64,000 nucleotides of DNA from Hydrolagus affinis (taxonomy: Eukaryota). Shown one piece after another: positions 25,771-38,878 of this stretch. The stretch is from positions 1 to 64,000 of the forward strand of contig JAAILG010001073.1 in assembly GCA_012026655.1 (NCBI GenBank), read 5' to 3'. The translations under genes were made by a program, and so were the position numbers. A model generated the notes under the pieces. The model saw nothing but the letters and a program-made list of their open reading frames with translations. It made no database searches and was not told the DNA's origin. Each line of letters starts with the position of its first letter. Within the stretch, counting starts at the first letter, position 1.

Positions 25771-26419
25771 GGCAAGGTGCTTGGATAACCCCAGCTAATT
25801 CCTTCTTTGATTTACTTGTGAGATCACACACTAAACACTCCATTAGAGCTCGGCTGAGAGCTTTAACTATGACTGTGAACCTCAACTTTCCAAAGTTGCC
25901 GCGCACTTTAGCTATATCTGCCTCCTGCATTGCTTTATACCTTTGGATAAAGGGGTCGCACTTGTGCTTTTATGGCGATTGTTCACAAAGGAATGGATTT
26001 GCTATTGGAATGTTCTTTGTTTAGGACAGGTTGCCAGTGTCGGAGAGAAGTGGAGAGTAAAGAGAGTTACAGGTAGCAAAGGAATGAGCGGAGAGACTTA
26101 ATAAAAAGAGAACACAGGTACTCTAATTCGCATCTGTGTCCCTGGGCTACAAAGAGGCAAAATCAACCAATTTACCCACTCCTGATTCCTGTCCAATGGC
26201 CTTGCCTGGAAAATCTAGGAAGCCTTAGTAAACTGAAAGTCACTGTGTTAACACCATATTTTTGTGTGCAACCAAAATCGTGGGATTTGCTAAAAACAAA
26301 TTGGAGTTAAAGGCCAACAAAAGACGTTTATATAGGGTGAGTGTGTGTGTGGAGGGAGGGAGGGAGGGAATGCAGCAATAATACTGTTATTTTCTGTACA
26401 AATACACAGTCACTACATT

Positions 26420-26662
26420 TTATGCGCAATCGGCTGTCGTGTTTCACTCACAAACATACAGTCAATTAACTTTATGGTATATTCTGTGAAGCGCTTTGAG
26501 ACGTCTAGAAGATGTGAAAAGCATCAAATAGACATCAGATGCTATGATTATGGTTATTATTATTTTATGAAAACTTCCATGAAGTGGCTTTGAGATGTTT
26601 AGATGTGATCAGGTACCATATCAAATTCAAGGATTATTTTATTATTATTATTATCATTATTA
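26420..26662 (+). mobile_element. SINE family A 3' half followed by a second tail copy
   Basis: GCGCAATCGGCTGTCG..CAGTCAATTAACTTTA..AAGCGCTTTGAGACGTC, then a second TATCAAATTCAAGG(ATT)n. Confidence 0.85.
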
Positions 26663-29600
26663 CTCATAGGGCTCCAGACCACTTTAGCGCAATTGTAGTA
26701 AGTGAATTGCCATGGTTACAGCGCCTACCCAGCGATTCAGAACATCATACTCTGACGATGGCTTTTAAGAAGTAGTGCCATCCGAGTGGTTTACTTCACA
26801 TTAAATGTTAACACATATCAGATAATGTTTATAATTCAGACTTTTATTTTCCATGAAGCACGTCACATAAACAAGAGTTATTGTAACAAGCGTGTCCCAC
26901 TTGTTGCACAAGCGTTGTGTGGTAACAATATATAACACATACTGTATAAAGTACTATATGCAATATAAAATCATAGAAATTACAGGATCAGGCTGGTATA
27001 TACTGTATATGTAAAATGTGCTCTATATAAAGAATATGCCATCAAAATGTGTTATTGCTGTGAACTATAATACACATGGAACCTTACCCCTTATAATACA
27101 TAAGTACATACCACATAACATATGCTATGCAATCTAATATGCAATACATAATATCTGGATTTGACTGTGGCCCATTAGCATACACTCTAATTTTCATACC
27201 TCATTTTATATTAATTTGATGATTATCACACATTTGCTAAAGAGCTGACTACAGTATTTGCATTAATGTTGTAGCTTGTGTTCTGCCGCACCAGGAAGAA
27301 CAAAGCCTCTCATTTCTGAAATGCAGATCGAAGGGGGAAGCTTTTCACATTCATTGTACAGTAAAGGCTTCTGCACAAAGCATCCGCTCTGTTTTGTGAC
27401 ATCCAATTATTCTGCAAATAAATACTTCAGCTGTCAAAAGGTTGGGCGGTCTGTGGAAGGTTTCATGCTCGCCTTCTTTGTTGATGAGAGTAATTCTCGC
27501 TAATCTAAGGGTTACGGATGTCACAATGTGATATATTTTGGATCTTACAACAATAAGAAGATTGCAGTATACTGAACATTGTAATAAAGCACAATATTGT
27601 TAATTAACACTTCTTTCTTACGATCAAGTTAAAAGATTTTGATGTGATTTTATGTATGTGGCTCAGCCTCTTTCTCATTCAGGTGATGGTGAAAAACAAA
27701 GGAGATGAGACGAATGTGTTTTTATCCTGAGGTTCATTGTCACAATGCAGATGGAGTGCTCAGATACAGCTTGTTTGTTCCTCCTTTTCTTGTCCACAAA
27801 TAAGAACTGCGACCTTGCAAATGAGGTATTAGCTGGGCCACAGTTCTTGTTAGCACTCTGGGACGCTACCCTTTGTGAGGGGTGCTGTATATAATGCAAG
27901 TTATTATTTTGCATAACGATTGTGTGTTAAGATCAGCGTGTTAGAGGTCTGCTTGAAATGGACTTGGGATTTATATTTATATACACCTCCCTTCACGTCG
28001 GACGGTGAAAATCCTGCCAAGGCAGAGCAAGAAAGCGAAATAAAAACAAAATGTGTATACGAGTGGAAAGCAAGCCACATTGAGCAGCGATAAGCGGTCT
28101 GGACTGTGATGCTGTCGGGGGTAGAAATAGCAATGTAAACTTGGATTCCACTCTTCCACTACTCATCATCCATTTCTCTGCAGTAGCTTCACACCACACT
28201 CCCAGCTGCCATTTGCCCTCTAAGACTCCCACTCCAGTCTATAACACAAGCAATCCTGCTGATTCACAGTAAACAAGCTGAAGCGAAACAGAAATATGGG
28301 GAGATTCTTCTGAATCCTGCAGCAATCTCATCGCGGTTGCTTGAATTCTCTAATTTGGGGATTTTTTTCCACCATTGGTAATAGAAATTCCACGTTCCAA
28401 GCCTGCACAATTTCGGCTTCTGTCTGTGAATCCCTTTTAACCTCCGAGATATGAGATAACTTTTTTCACAGACAATATTAAGTACTAGCCATTATCTCAG
28501 ATGGTCCATATCATATTAAGATCTACGCTTGCAGGTCAGAAAGTACACCAAGGTCTTGTCTCCGCAATGCCACTGAATTACTTTCTGCCACACAATGCCC
28601 AGTGAATGGGTGGACGCTTTGTCATTCAAACTGCATAAAGAGCCAGAAATTGATTTTTATTGTAGATCTTCATATCTAATAAAGCTCTGAGGATTTCTTT
28701 TCTTCTCTGGCTGAATGGTTGCAGAATGCTTTCAATCTAGTTGCTGTGTTTCGTACATAAACTGAAAAGGATAAAAAAAAAAGCAAATCACTTTACTCTT
28801 GAAGAGGCCGTGGCTGTTCAGAGAGAAAAAAAAATTGGAAATAAATATAGATTTAAACGAAAGGTTTTTTTTAATATTATTTCCTGTGGTATTGAATTTC
28901 ACTATCTTTTCATGCTTCCATTTGCAGATTATTTTTTGGGGTGTTTTGAATAGATAGCCAAACAAAATAAAGGGCCACAGCTAGAGATTTAACCCTCTGC
29001 ATCCCGTAGTCATTCTTTAGTTCTCTGTTTGTAGGATAAGGGACTGAGGTTGCCTGTAGAACTTGCTGATTTTACGCAGAGCAGCTTCCTCGGCTGGCAG
29101 TGAGTTAATTATGTTGCCTGCTCTTATTCTCTCTTTCTCTGAAGGTGCCAATTCTGGCTGAGTTATGGCTGTGTGGTGTACTGCCAACCTGTCTCACACC
29201 CAAGGGGTAATGTTCCATGTGGCAGCCGAAAAGGTGAGATCAAAAATGCGATGCTTGCGATAAGATTTGCAAATATCAGGTCTAGCTGATACCTGGACAT
29301 GTATCAGGATGACCTACAGAAACTCCACTCCAATCCTATCCGGACAAAGATAGGGTCAAGGGCTCTGAGACGCCATCAAGCGTATAAATGCAAGTTGTTG
29401 TTGTAGTGATAAAAGAGTTCCCACGGGAGTGACTGTGTTGTCTCTCTGATTTCCGGGCAGGATTCAGTATTTGCTAATCCTTTCAGAATCTGTTGGGAAC
29501 ACTACATTTTTCACCACAATAACTATCAGCAGCCTAAGTGAGCATGGGGGTTGGGGTTCACAGGGGACATCAGAAATTAGTCCAATTCCTATTATCGTAC

Positions 29601-30049
29601 AACGTACATATTACAACGTACATATTGGGGCCACAGGATAGCAATCAAGGGTAGGCACTCTTGGGCAAAACTTGGAAGCCAATTATGCACATAGGTGTCC
29701 CACAAACAACCAAAGATTCATTGACCACCTTTTTTTGAGGGATTATTACCCCCAGAAACCGACCCCCACCACCCCTACAAACAACCAGGTTCCAAGATAC
29801 TGCTCGTGAAACAGGCGTGTGGACTGAGGAGAATAGCCTAAGGTTTTGCATTATACAGTGAGCTTTATATTTTCTTAAAATTCATTTTATTATATACAGT
29901 ATAGATATACATAAATATAACCGTAAGAAAAAGGTGTTGTGTCTTTAACACAACCAAGCCACCTTAGAGGCTTACCTTTGAAAAAAAATTTAATTCTTGG
30001 AAGTATAATGATAAATTCATAGCCTTGTGCTTGAAGTACTATAAAGTGC

Positions 30050-30790
30050 TATGTTTTTTCCCCTCCTCTAAGATCAGCAGAAAACAACTGTGATGGGAAA
30101 AGAGGAAAAAAAATCATTGCTCCTGCAAAGCCGAACATGCTGGTGGATAAAGACTTTATCCCCCCAAAAAACCTCTTTAAAGTTATTTCAAATTCCTTGG
30201 CGAAGCTTTCAAAAATCTGTTTGTTTGAGGGCAGAATTAGATGTGACCGGCGTTTTATTGTGACATAAAACCGCATTTCTTCCTCAGCAGATTAAAAAAA
30301 AATCGGTTAATAAGAAAAGTTGTCAGCAGCAGAATATGGCTGACATAATCCGTTTATCCTTGAAGCAATGAAGATATTGGTCCAAGGGAGTCTATCTTCT
30401 CTCTCATGTTATTTCCCCCCAAAACATTATCTTTCATACACTCCGATGGATTAAGAAGTCATATGGGAGATAGGAGGGAAATGACAGATACTAAAATATA
30501 ATATCCTTTCATTTCTGTCAAAAAAAAAATAGTGGCTGTGGGTACCCATAATTCTGATGGTCTGTGATGCTCCAGATAGGGTAGCCCAAGGGTGATGGTG
30601 CAAAGTGAAACAGTAATCAGGCAAAAAATAGAACAGTGTGAGCTGTGAAATTAAGCCAGACACTCACGTTAGCTAGTCTAAATGCAGATCAGTGTTTTTT
30701 TTTATTGGAAACAAAAAATCCTGTCCGCACAGAGGTCGGTTATTCAGGTTCCCTACAAAATAGCAGCTAATCCCGACTATAAAGGAGACA
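30050..30790. promoter_or_regulatory. CNE-like blocks with palindromic motifs
   Basis: Perfect GGATAAAG-A-CTTTATCC (30145-30161) and GTTTTAT-N6-ATAAAAC (about 30252-30271), in repeat-free sequence. Confidence 0.35.
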
Positions 30791-31989
30791 TTGTGGGGGA
30801 TTGAGGAACAGGGGAGCGATGGGGAAAGGGGAGGAGGCGGAGGGAATAGAGTGTGGATTATCACAGGCAACTGCAAACCAGGATGAAATAAATCGCCCAC
30901 CCGCACCCCGCGCCCCCCACCCCGCCCTCCTGTGCTCCCCCGCCCCCCGCCCCCCACCTCTACCCCCACCCACTCCCCTCACATTGCAGGGTTCGCTTGG
31001 GGACTGGCTGCATTTATATGATCAGTGAGTGACCTGTATTGAGTGCTGGTATGAAGATCCCACAATGCATCAGGTACTTGCTGTGATTTACCCATGTCAA
31101 GTGATTTTCCAACAGGAGCAATGCACAGAAATCCATTCCTCTTACTTTGGAAGAGGCCAAGAATTATACCACATCTGTCCAATATTAACTAGAATAATTT
31201 TGAAGTGGATGTGATTTCTTCTATGTGATATGGTGGTGGGGTGGGGTGGTTCTCCCAGTGACCTGACCAACAATCTCCCAAATAGAATAGGCCATGGCTG
31301 GTTGAGGGTCATAGCTCTCCGCAAATTGGCTGCTGCATTCAACTACAATATGAATAGTAACTGCTCTTTACAGTATAACCTGTGAAGGTCTTTCAACGTG
31401 AATTTGTATCCAACGACTATGTGTGGATATCATGAAGAATAAACCCCACTGGTCAGTAAAGTTACTTGGAAACACACAGTATAGAAATCATGTTATACAG
31501 AATGTTGGGGCATGGAATCAGACCATTAAAGCCCAATTGGTTCCTGACACCTGCCAAGATTGATAACTTTACCAACCAATAAGACTTCACCCTATGGGTG
31601 AAGACAACAACAACTTGCATTCATATAGCATCTCAGAGCACTTGGATTAGGACAGGTTAAATTGTTCTCTGCTATTCCCCGTCCAGGGTAACATTTTTCA
31701 GTGGGGTCAGGGTCAGGTGAGAGAGTGAGAGCAAAATTGAAGGAAAGCAAAGAGCAGACATACTGTATATAATCGCCTCCATCATGGACTCTACCCAGCC
31801 CACTTAGCCTCCTGAGAAAGGCCAGCTACAGTACAGTAAACCTCTAAGAAGATAAAGCTCCACCAAGGTTCTCCCTGACCCCCAAAGGTAATAAGTGAAA
31901 CTCCTGGTTATTAATCTAACCTTACAGGCCACAATTCAACTCTGACCATTTATGTCCCAGCAGCATAGGAACCATCATGTTCCATAGAA

Positions 31990-32262
31990 CGCTTGATCAT
32001 TTATGTCGGTCCTTATCCGTGTAGCCGTCAATCCTTTTTATCCAGATATTCATCCAGTTCCTTTTAAAGGAGTTAATCAAGATAGCATTAACTGCTTTTC
32101 CTAGAAGACTATTTCACACAGCCACAGGTCTAGGGGAAAAGAAAGATTCTTAATCTCAAGTCTCGCTTGAGGCTCGCTAATTTTGTGTTTGTGTTGTCTT
32201 GTTCCTTGATCCTGATGTGGTTTAATGACCTGCTTAAATCCACATTGTATAACCCTCTCATT
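31990..32262 (-). mobile_element. CR1 ORF2 C-terminus / 3' end
   Basis: The minus strand gives ..HKIS(E)PQARLEIKN..FFS.RPVAV.NSLLGKAVNAILINSFKR.LDEYLDKK. A probable 3'UTR continues toward about 31760. Confidence 0.7.
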
Positions 32263-32614
32263 AGTGAGACAGTTGCATTGAACAGACCACTGGCTCAGAT
32301 TGACTCAGACGTATATTCTCAAGGAACAATTACTGGTTTAGTTTGCACTGGAGGGTGAAAAGGAGTAGCTGCTTCTTGGGTAAACCTGTTAAGTAACTCT
32401 GCAAGGAATCTATCCAGAGATTAGCAGAAAGGTGTATTTTAGATTCACCTGTTGTGCTGTGGCTCTTTGTGATGAATACTGATTAGACATTGCAATAATA
32501 AATCAAGTCCAGATGGTCATTTGGTTGCTTTGAGCTGGTTTTCAGTAACCTTCCTGTACTGCTGTCATTTCATAGATGCCAAGCACATGGAGCTCACTGA
32601 ATGTTAATGTTAGA

Positions 32615-32735
32615 AAATCCCTTCTCTTTTTGAATACTGCCACAGGATTTTAATGTCCATCTGACCCTGCAGATGGGACCTTGGTTCATCGTCTCATCTG
32701 AAGGATGCACCTGCAACAACATAGCAACCCCTCCC
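32615..32735 (-). mobile_element. DeuSINE central (Deu) domain, old family
   Basis: Reverse complement CAGGTGCATCCTTCAGATGAGACGATGAACCAAGGTCCCATCTGC..AGATGGACATTAAAATCCTGTGGCAGTATTCAAAAAGAG matches the Deu-domain pattern of SacSINE1/AmnSINE1-type SINEs. Confidence 0.7.
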
Positions 32736-32844
32736 CTCACCCCCACACCCACCGCTGAACGTGTTGCATTGTCGACCTAGCCTGTGATCTTCTTAGTGCC
32801 TTACACTACTTGTTCTGTTCATTCTGTTGGATCCATTGAAATTT

Positions 32845-32998
32845 TCCAGACTGAGGTGAGCGGATATTTGTTAGCTAAGGGTATCAAGGGAAATGGGGCA
32901 AAGGCAGGTACTTGGAATTTGAGGTACAGGTGAGCCGTGATCTAATAGAATGTCAGAACAGGCTTGAGGGGCTGAATGGCCTACTCCAATTCCAATGT
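32845..32998 (+). mobile_element. Chondrichthyan CR1 (HER1/HE1-type) 3' end
   Basis: AAGGGTATCAAGGGAAATGGGGCAAAGGCAGG..GAGCCGTGATCTAATAGAATG..AGGCTTGAGGGGCTGAATGGCCTACTCC. Confidence 0.85.
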
Positions 32999-34483
32999 TT
33001 GTATTTTCCTACAGTTTCTTCATTTATCACGCAAGTCGGTTTATCACCTCTTACTATGGAAAATGAGGGACATGTGTGTGTGCATGGTAAAAGCTATTGC
33101 CATAGCCCGAAGGATTAGATTGATACAATCAAAGACACTCGCATTAAATACAGCTGCTAAACCATAGCAGCATCTATTTTTTTTCTTTAAATCCGTCCTT
33201 TTAGTTCCTCCTGCAAAGGCATGCAACATTTCCCGGTTGAATCACTCTGAGTCACTGCCGATGCTATGCTTCAGCCAGCCAAGAGGAGGCAACGTTCAGT
33301 AGCCCAGTGATGCCTGCCCTGTGAGAACTTAATGAGTAATAAGAAGACAAAATATTGTTCCTTATTTTAAAGCATGAAAGGTGACCAAATATGTTTTAAA
33401 GAAAAGAAATTTGCCATCAAGAAGAAATATGTGATTCATGCTGTTCCACTGCGCAACGACAGAATGGGTTAAGCCATTCTCTGCAATATTACATATGAAA
33501 GAATTATCCATGAAACAATACAGAGGGTGAATCTAAACCAGGGAACAGCATGCTTGGATGAAAACAAATCCAGCAATTTAAAAGCAACATCATCTACTAG
33601 CGATCAAAGTTGAGGTCAGAGGTGACCATCAATCTGCAACGCTTCGTTATTGGCAGTAAAGTTATTTTTTGCCTCTAAGGGCCATCAAATTTTGATTGGT
33701 TTCCTTTTGCTCAGTGTCATATCACTTGGGCTCTACTCGGGTAAGGATGCATTATGATGGTAGCATGTAGTAAAGATAGCAACACCTTCTGCCTGGCACC
33801 ACAGCACCAGCACCAGAACAATCATCAAGGGCTGTAGCCAAAGAGTGAGGTTCCATGTTGCCCAGGGACAAGGCTTTAGAATGCAGCACGTTAGGAAAGG
33901 TCATTAAACGCACCAATCCCAGGTGGCGCTATTGTTTGCCCCTACTGATCTTTGATAACCCTGCAATGGATGCAGTCAGCCTTGAGTTCATCTTCTGGAT
34001 GAACTGTAGGACTTTGCCAGGTGACAGATGCCTCTTTGTTAGTTTTCATTCTTGGCATTGTGAATTCTCATCGGAGACGGGAAGAGGGGGAAACCTATTG
34101 TTTCACATCAGCTGAGATCAAGCATCAGTCAGGAGGGGAGCATGACTGGCGCTGCCAGTGACCAGGTGGGCAGCAATGTGACTTCTTTTGCTTCCCTCGT
34201 TGGTGTTTCAAGGCTGGCAGCAGATTTATCATCAGACACATCACCTCCAGATGATTGTGATGATAATGACACAGTCAGACAAAGCCAGATCTGTGTGGTT
34301 GTGCACAGGGGAACAGGGGAGAGCAGAAGGGGTAGTTGCATTCACTCAATCCAGGACATCAGCAGGAGAAACCATACCTGGATGGTCTCCAAGACAGTTG
34401 CAATGGCACATCAAGATGTTTTGGTGCATCCACTCCTCCTGTTGGCAATATTGGCACTGTTGAACAATATACATTTGGGGATC

Positions 34484-34792
34484 GTGGAGTCCTGGACCTC
34501 AGTGGTTAGAGCACTCGCCTTGCAAGCGAGAGACCTGAGATCAATTCCAGGCAAGGTGAAACCTTGGGAAAGTTTTCTTACTCCACTCGCCTAATAATAA
34601 TCGCTCATGAAAAAAACAATAATAAATTTGGACATTTAATTCCACTGCTGTTTGTGGGACACTGCTGTGCACAATTGGCTGCCGTATTTCACCCACAAAT
34701 AGTCAATCCATTTTACAATATACTCTTTGAAGCGCATTGAGATGTCTAGAAGATGTGAAAAGCGCTATATTAAAATGCAAGGATCATTATTA
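34484..34792 (+). mobile_element. Full-length SINE family A
   Basis: GTGGAGTCCTGGACCTCAGTGGTTAGAGCACTCGCCTTGCAAGCGAG head with intact anticodon-like stem CTCGC/GCGAG, Deu core and tail. Confidence 0.93.
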
Positions 34793-35507
34793 AGAGAGCA
34801 GATGGTTCTTCATCGGTAATAATGTACAGAACATGTAAATCTCTTTGGGGGCTCGTTGTCATTATATATGCTACCACGTGCTTAGGCACCGCCTCAAACA
34901 TACCTTACCAGATTTCACTCCCAAATAAACCCCCTGTGGTCTGCTTATACACACTGCCACTTGTTTGAGGTTCAGGCTTCCAATACTTGTGCTCTGAACC
35001 TTACAGATGAGTAACCATTCTTCCTTTGAATGGACAAGCAATGTTAATTGAGACCTTCTATTCTGTCATAACCTCAAAAAAGCTTTGCTTGTGTGATTTC
35101 ATTGCCTCCATGAGTGAGATTGTTAACTTACTACAATTAAGGCCAGCTTTGTGCTGTGAGCCTGTACCCACTGGGGAATGACTTGATACTGCCAAAACTC
35201 GGGTTAGGAAGGACTGTTACAACCAACTGAGGCAGGAGCTTTTATCACATTAGTCTGGACAAGGGGATTGTAAGGCCAATGAACCAAACCACTGCACCAT
35301 TGAATTCCTGAGAATAGTATTGATTGCCACTACATTGCACTTCAATTATATATTCATTTAAATTAGATTTTAAAAACTGGTAGATTTTAAATTTTAAAAC
35401 TGGTAGATTTTAGATTTTAAAAATCTTTCATTGTGACCGTTACCTAATGAGCCAACTATCCTCCTAATCACCGCTGTTGTTATCATATTTTTTTCTCAAC
35501 TGTTCCT

Positions 35508-35575
35508 CAGAGGTCTGGACGTCCTCCCGACGTGAAAGGCGCTCTATAAATGTAATTTGTTGTTGTTGTTGTTGT
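35508..35575 (+). mobile_element. L2-type 3' tail only
   Basis: GGACGTCCTCCCGACGTGAAAGGCGCTCTATAAATGTAATT(TGT)n. Confidence 0.82.
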
Positions 35576-36675
35576 GGTGTACTTTACAGCACTGTGCAAA
35601 TCAGCCAAGGCCTATTTATGAATCTATATGTACAAAAATTGAAATGAGCAAAGTGAATTGTTAAAAGCCCCTACATTGAATTCCTGGTGTATTTTGCTCT
35701 GCTACGTATTTATTTGTGCTCATTGAGGTGAGGGATGAGTGTGCTGGGAAATAGAACATTTTTATGTTGCACCCAGTGACAGCGTTAAACACAACTTCGC
35801 CACCTTAATGCTATTTGTGTGTGTATAAGCTCAGAGGTCAGTTATCATTTGTCTGAGCCTGACTGGGGAGGGAAAAAGTCTCCTGGTTTCAGAAATTGCA
35901 GGTGCAGTTCATTGCAGTCTCTTCCAGATAAGGATAATGCAGAATCTTTGAAGCCATCATTCACCAAATATATAATGTTGGTTTAACCACTGTGCCCAGT
36001 ATAGCTTGTTCCATTTTACCGACACTTGAAATAAGTCAGAGCCGGAAAAGGGCATTGATAATAATAATAGAAAAAGATACTGAGAATAAAGAAACTGAGA
36101 TTGAAGAAAATGGATAGACAGAACAAAATAAAACAAAAGAAAGGCATAAATAGGAAACCGAGGGAGAAAAATTGGAAGAGTAACACCTTACCTTATTGGA
36201 AGAGTAACACCAAGAATTAAAAATTGAAGGAAAAAAAAGCCTTTGTTTTTGTGGATTTTAATTTGACAATAGTATTGACCAGGTATGTTTGAGACATGAG
36301 CTTTTCTTACAAAGGATGGTGGCAATCCATTGCTCCCTTATTAAAACTGTTGCTGAAGATGCTTCTTGTAAAACTGTCCAACGCTGTTAACATCCACCAT
36401 TGTTTTGTGTTGCTTGGACCACAGCCTGGTTTAAGATTTCCTATTGACATAATTCCTGGTGAATTTAACCCCTAAATGAGTGTTTTAGGGTGGCTGAGCT
36501 GTGCTGTAACTGCTTGAGCCCTGTAGCATTCCAGGATACTTTGCCAATACACCTCTTAAAACCTTGCCACATTTTTTTGTATTGTTGTCAGCTTTGACCA
36601 GTTCATATCCTAATTGAGCTAAATACCAATGCACACCCACAGTATTGGAATTGTTTCAGGCAGGATGAGAGCGTT

Positions 36676-36873
36676 ATAATAATAATAATCTTTGCATTTG
36701 ATTATAGCGCTTTTCACATCTTATCGACGTCTCAAAGCACTTCACAGAATATACTGTAAAGTGAATTTACTGTATATTTGTGGATGAAACGTGGCAGCCA
36801 ATTGCGCACAGCAATGTCCCACAAACAGTCGTGGATTGAAATGACCAATTTTTATTATTGTGGGGTTTTTTGA
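36676..36873 (-). mobile_element. SINE family A, 5'-truncated
   Basis: Tail plus Deu core, nearly identical to the copy at 143-484. Confidence 0.92.
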
Positions 36874-37189
36874 GGCCTTCAAGCTTACATATCTAACCAC
36901 CCAAAAGGTATCTTTGTCATGATTTAATAATAATCACAATATAATCTAATAATCATAAATGCATATAATTTCCAGGAACCTGGTCAAAATCAATGAGTTG
37001 GAGAGACATTTTTGTAAGTTGTGGGGCCTTTGCTATTCTTTAAGAAACTGTCCAAACTAGTACAAGTCTTGGTAGGAGAAAAATTGTAACACTCATTATT
37101 TCTGAGTGCAAAACAAATAGGTTGTACTGGCCTGCATGTTACTTGCTGCTTTGAGTGTGAAGTACATTGTTAGACAGCTGGATTGCGGT

Positions 37190-37515
37190 TCTGTGGACTT
37201 GTCTGTTCCCTCCACTCAGTGGGCTCAGGCCTTCTCCACATCCCCCAAGCCACCCACCCCACCATCTGCAGGCACAGAGTCTTCAGCCACTCTGCCTTTC
37301 GAATTCCAGCCTGCACTCCTCCGCCTCTCCCCCTCCCTAGTCTTCTACAAGTCCCGCCTCAAGACCGTGCTATTGGTCACCCCACCTTCACCCATCTTCC
37401 CTCCAATCTCCCCGATGCTGACCCTGACTCGGGTCCGAAACAATGACTGTCCAGCGCCTTTGGACGTCCTCTTGAGGTGAAATCGCTGCACAAATGTAAT
37501 TTTTGTTGTTGTTTT
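37190..37515 (+). mobile_element. L2 LINE 3' fragment (RT C-terminus remnant and tail)
   Basis: SLHSVGSGLLHIPQATHPTI..RVFSHSA..FYKSRLKT.L followed by GCGCCTTTGGACGTCC..(TTG)n. Confidence 0.85.
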
Positions 37516-38649
37516 TGTTTTAGTAATCATCTTCCCACGGTCACTGCTGGTTTGCGAGAGCAACATAAATAACATAAAAACATAAAACAACATAACATGT
37601 TGACAACATGATAACATAAAAATGTTTTGGACTATTTTTATGTTTCTGACTTTGAGGTTGATGTGTGGACTGACTTTGCTTTCTTGCAGCAGGTTGCCGT
37701 GCTCCATCATATCAAGTCCTTCATAATGAACTGTGATTATGTTTTTGAATGTTATATTGCTGATTGATGAATGATTGTATTCTGAGCACTAGTGATGTAT
37801 AGTCTGGGAGCATAATTCTAGCAACACTGCTTTACCCTTTCAAAATTTCTCAGTATTAAAACTATTAAAAAAGTCATCATTTATACAACCCCTGGACTGG
37901 ATGCTCTCACTTAATCTTCTTCCAAACCATTCAACAACCTGTCACTTATACACATCTTCATTTATTAATGTGTTATCACTTTATCTTCAACACTCTGCAA
38001 CAGGGTCATTATTTATGCAGATTCCTAACCTCGTAATACAGTCAATCCATATTTAATCATTAATCTCCTGTCACGACATTTCATTTACTTATCATGAACA
38101 TTTGTTTTAACTCCTTAAGAGAGGAAGTATTTTTGCATGTTTCTTTTTTTCAACCAAAATAGAACTGGATCTGCCTAGCTGTCATTCATTTTGAATGACA
38201 CATTGTCCAAAGTTAAAAATGTAGCCTATTTTGATATGTCACTTTGAAGAATAAACAGATTAAATGAACACATTTAAATGGCTTTGCAGTCTGTCATTCC
38301 CACCGACGATGAGTCTCACTCCTCACTTTTCTTCAGTCTTGACAGTTTGGCTTGAACCGAGGACGGAGTGAGCCCAATGCACGGTTCGTCTGAAGTCCTT
38401 TCACAGAGTGTCGGATGTGGCTGCACATTATGGTGGGTTTGGACTCTCAGCTGGATGAACACTGGTTACTTCTCTACCTTGTCAGGCACCTAGACCAAGT
38501 GGAGTTCAGGCACAAACCTCAGTCAGGCGGTGGAGGTAAAAAATGATATAAGATTACAATGTGACAAATTTATTCAGACTTTTATAAATAAAGAAACATG
38601 GTATGGTCAAACACTAGTCAATTTAATGAGAGCAACCCTTAAATACGCT

Positions 38650-38878
38650 ACAGCTCTGCCTCTCTGATATCGTTACTTGGACGAGAGCAAGATTCCGACA
38701 CCGACGAGACCGTTTTGTAGAGGAAATTTGTAACAGAATTTCCTTTGCATAGAGCAGATGTCTGCAACACATAGGAAGTGATGTCAGTCACAACTGACAT
38801 CTTATTAGCTCATTGCTAATAAGATGATCAGTGGAACAGTTAATCCCACTGACCGCGTTATAGCGACGTTTCCATGTA
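38650..38878. mobile_element. Possible old Tigger-like MITE
   Basis: Reverse complement of the right end is TACATGGAAACGTCGCTATAACGCGG (Tigger-type TIR). The left end TACAGCTCTGCCTCTCTGATATCG matches only weakly. Confidence 0.3.

Noticed and set aside
35365-36212. Short direct duplications (TAGATTTTAAAAACTGG; ATTGGAAGAGTAACACC x2; also TACAACGTACATAT x2 near 29600)
   Set aside because: Ordinary slippage or tandem duplications.
38180-38200. 9-bp perfect inverted repeats (also at 56609-56629)
   Set aside because: A few such hairpins are expected by chance in 64 kb of AT-rich DNA.
38337-38535. Plus-strand exon-like segment with a good acceptor and GAG|GTAAAA
   Set aside because: Stops in all three frames. 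At most a non-coding exon, and unsupported without reads.
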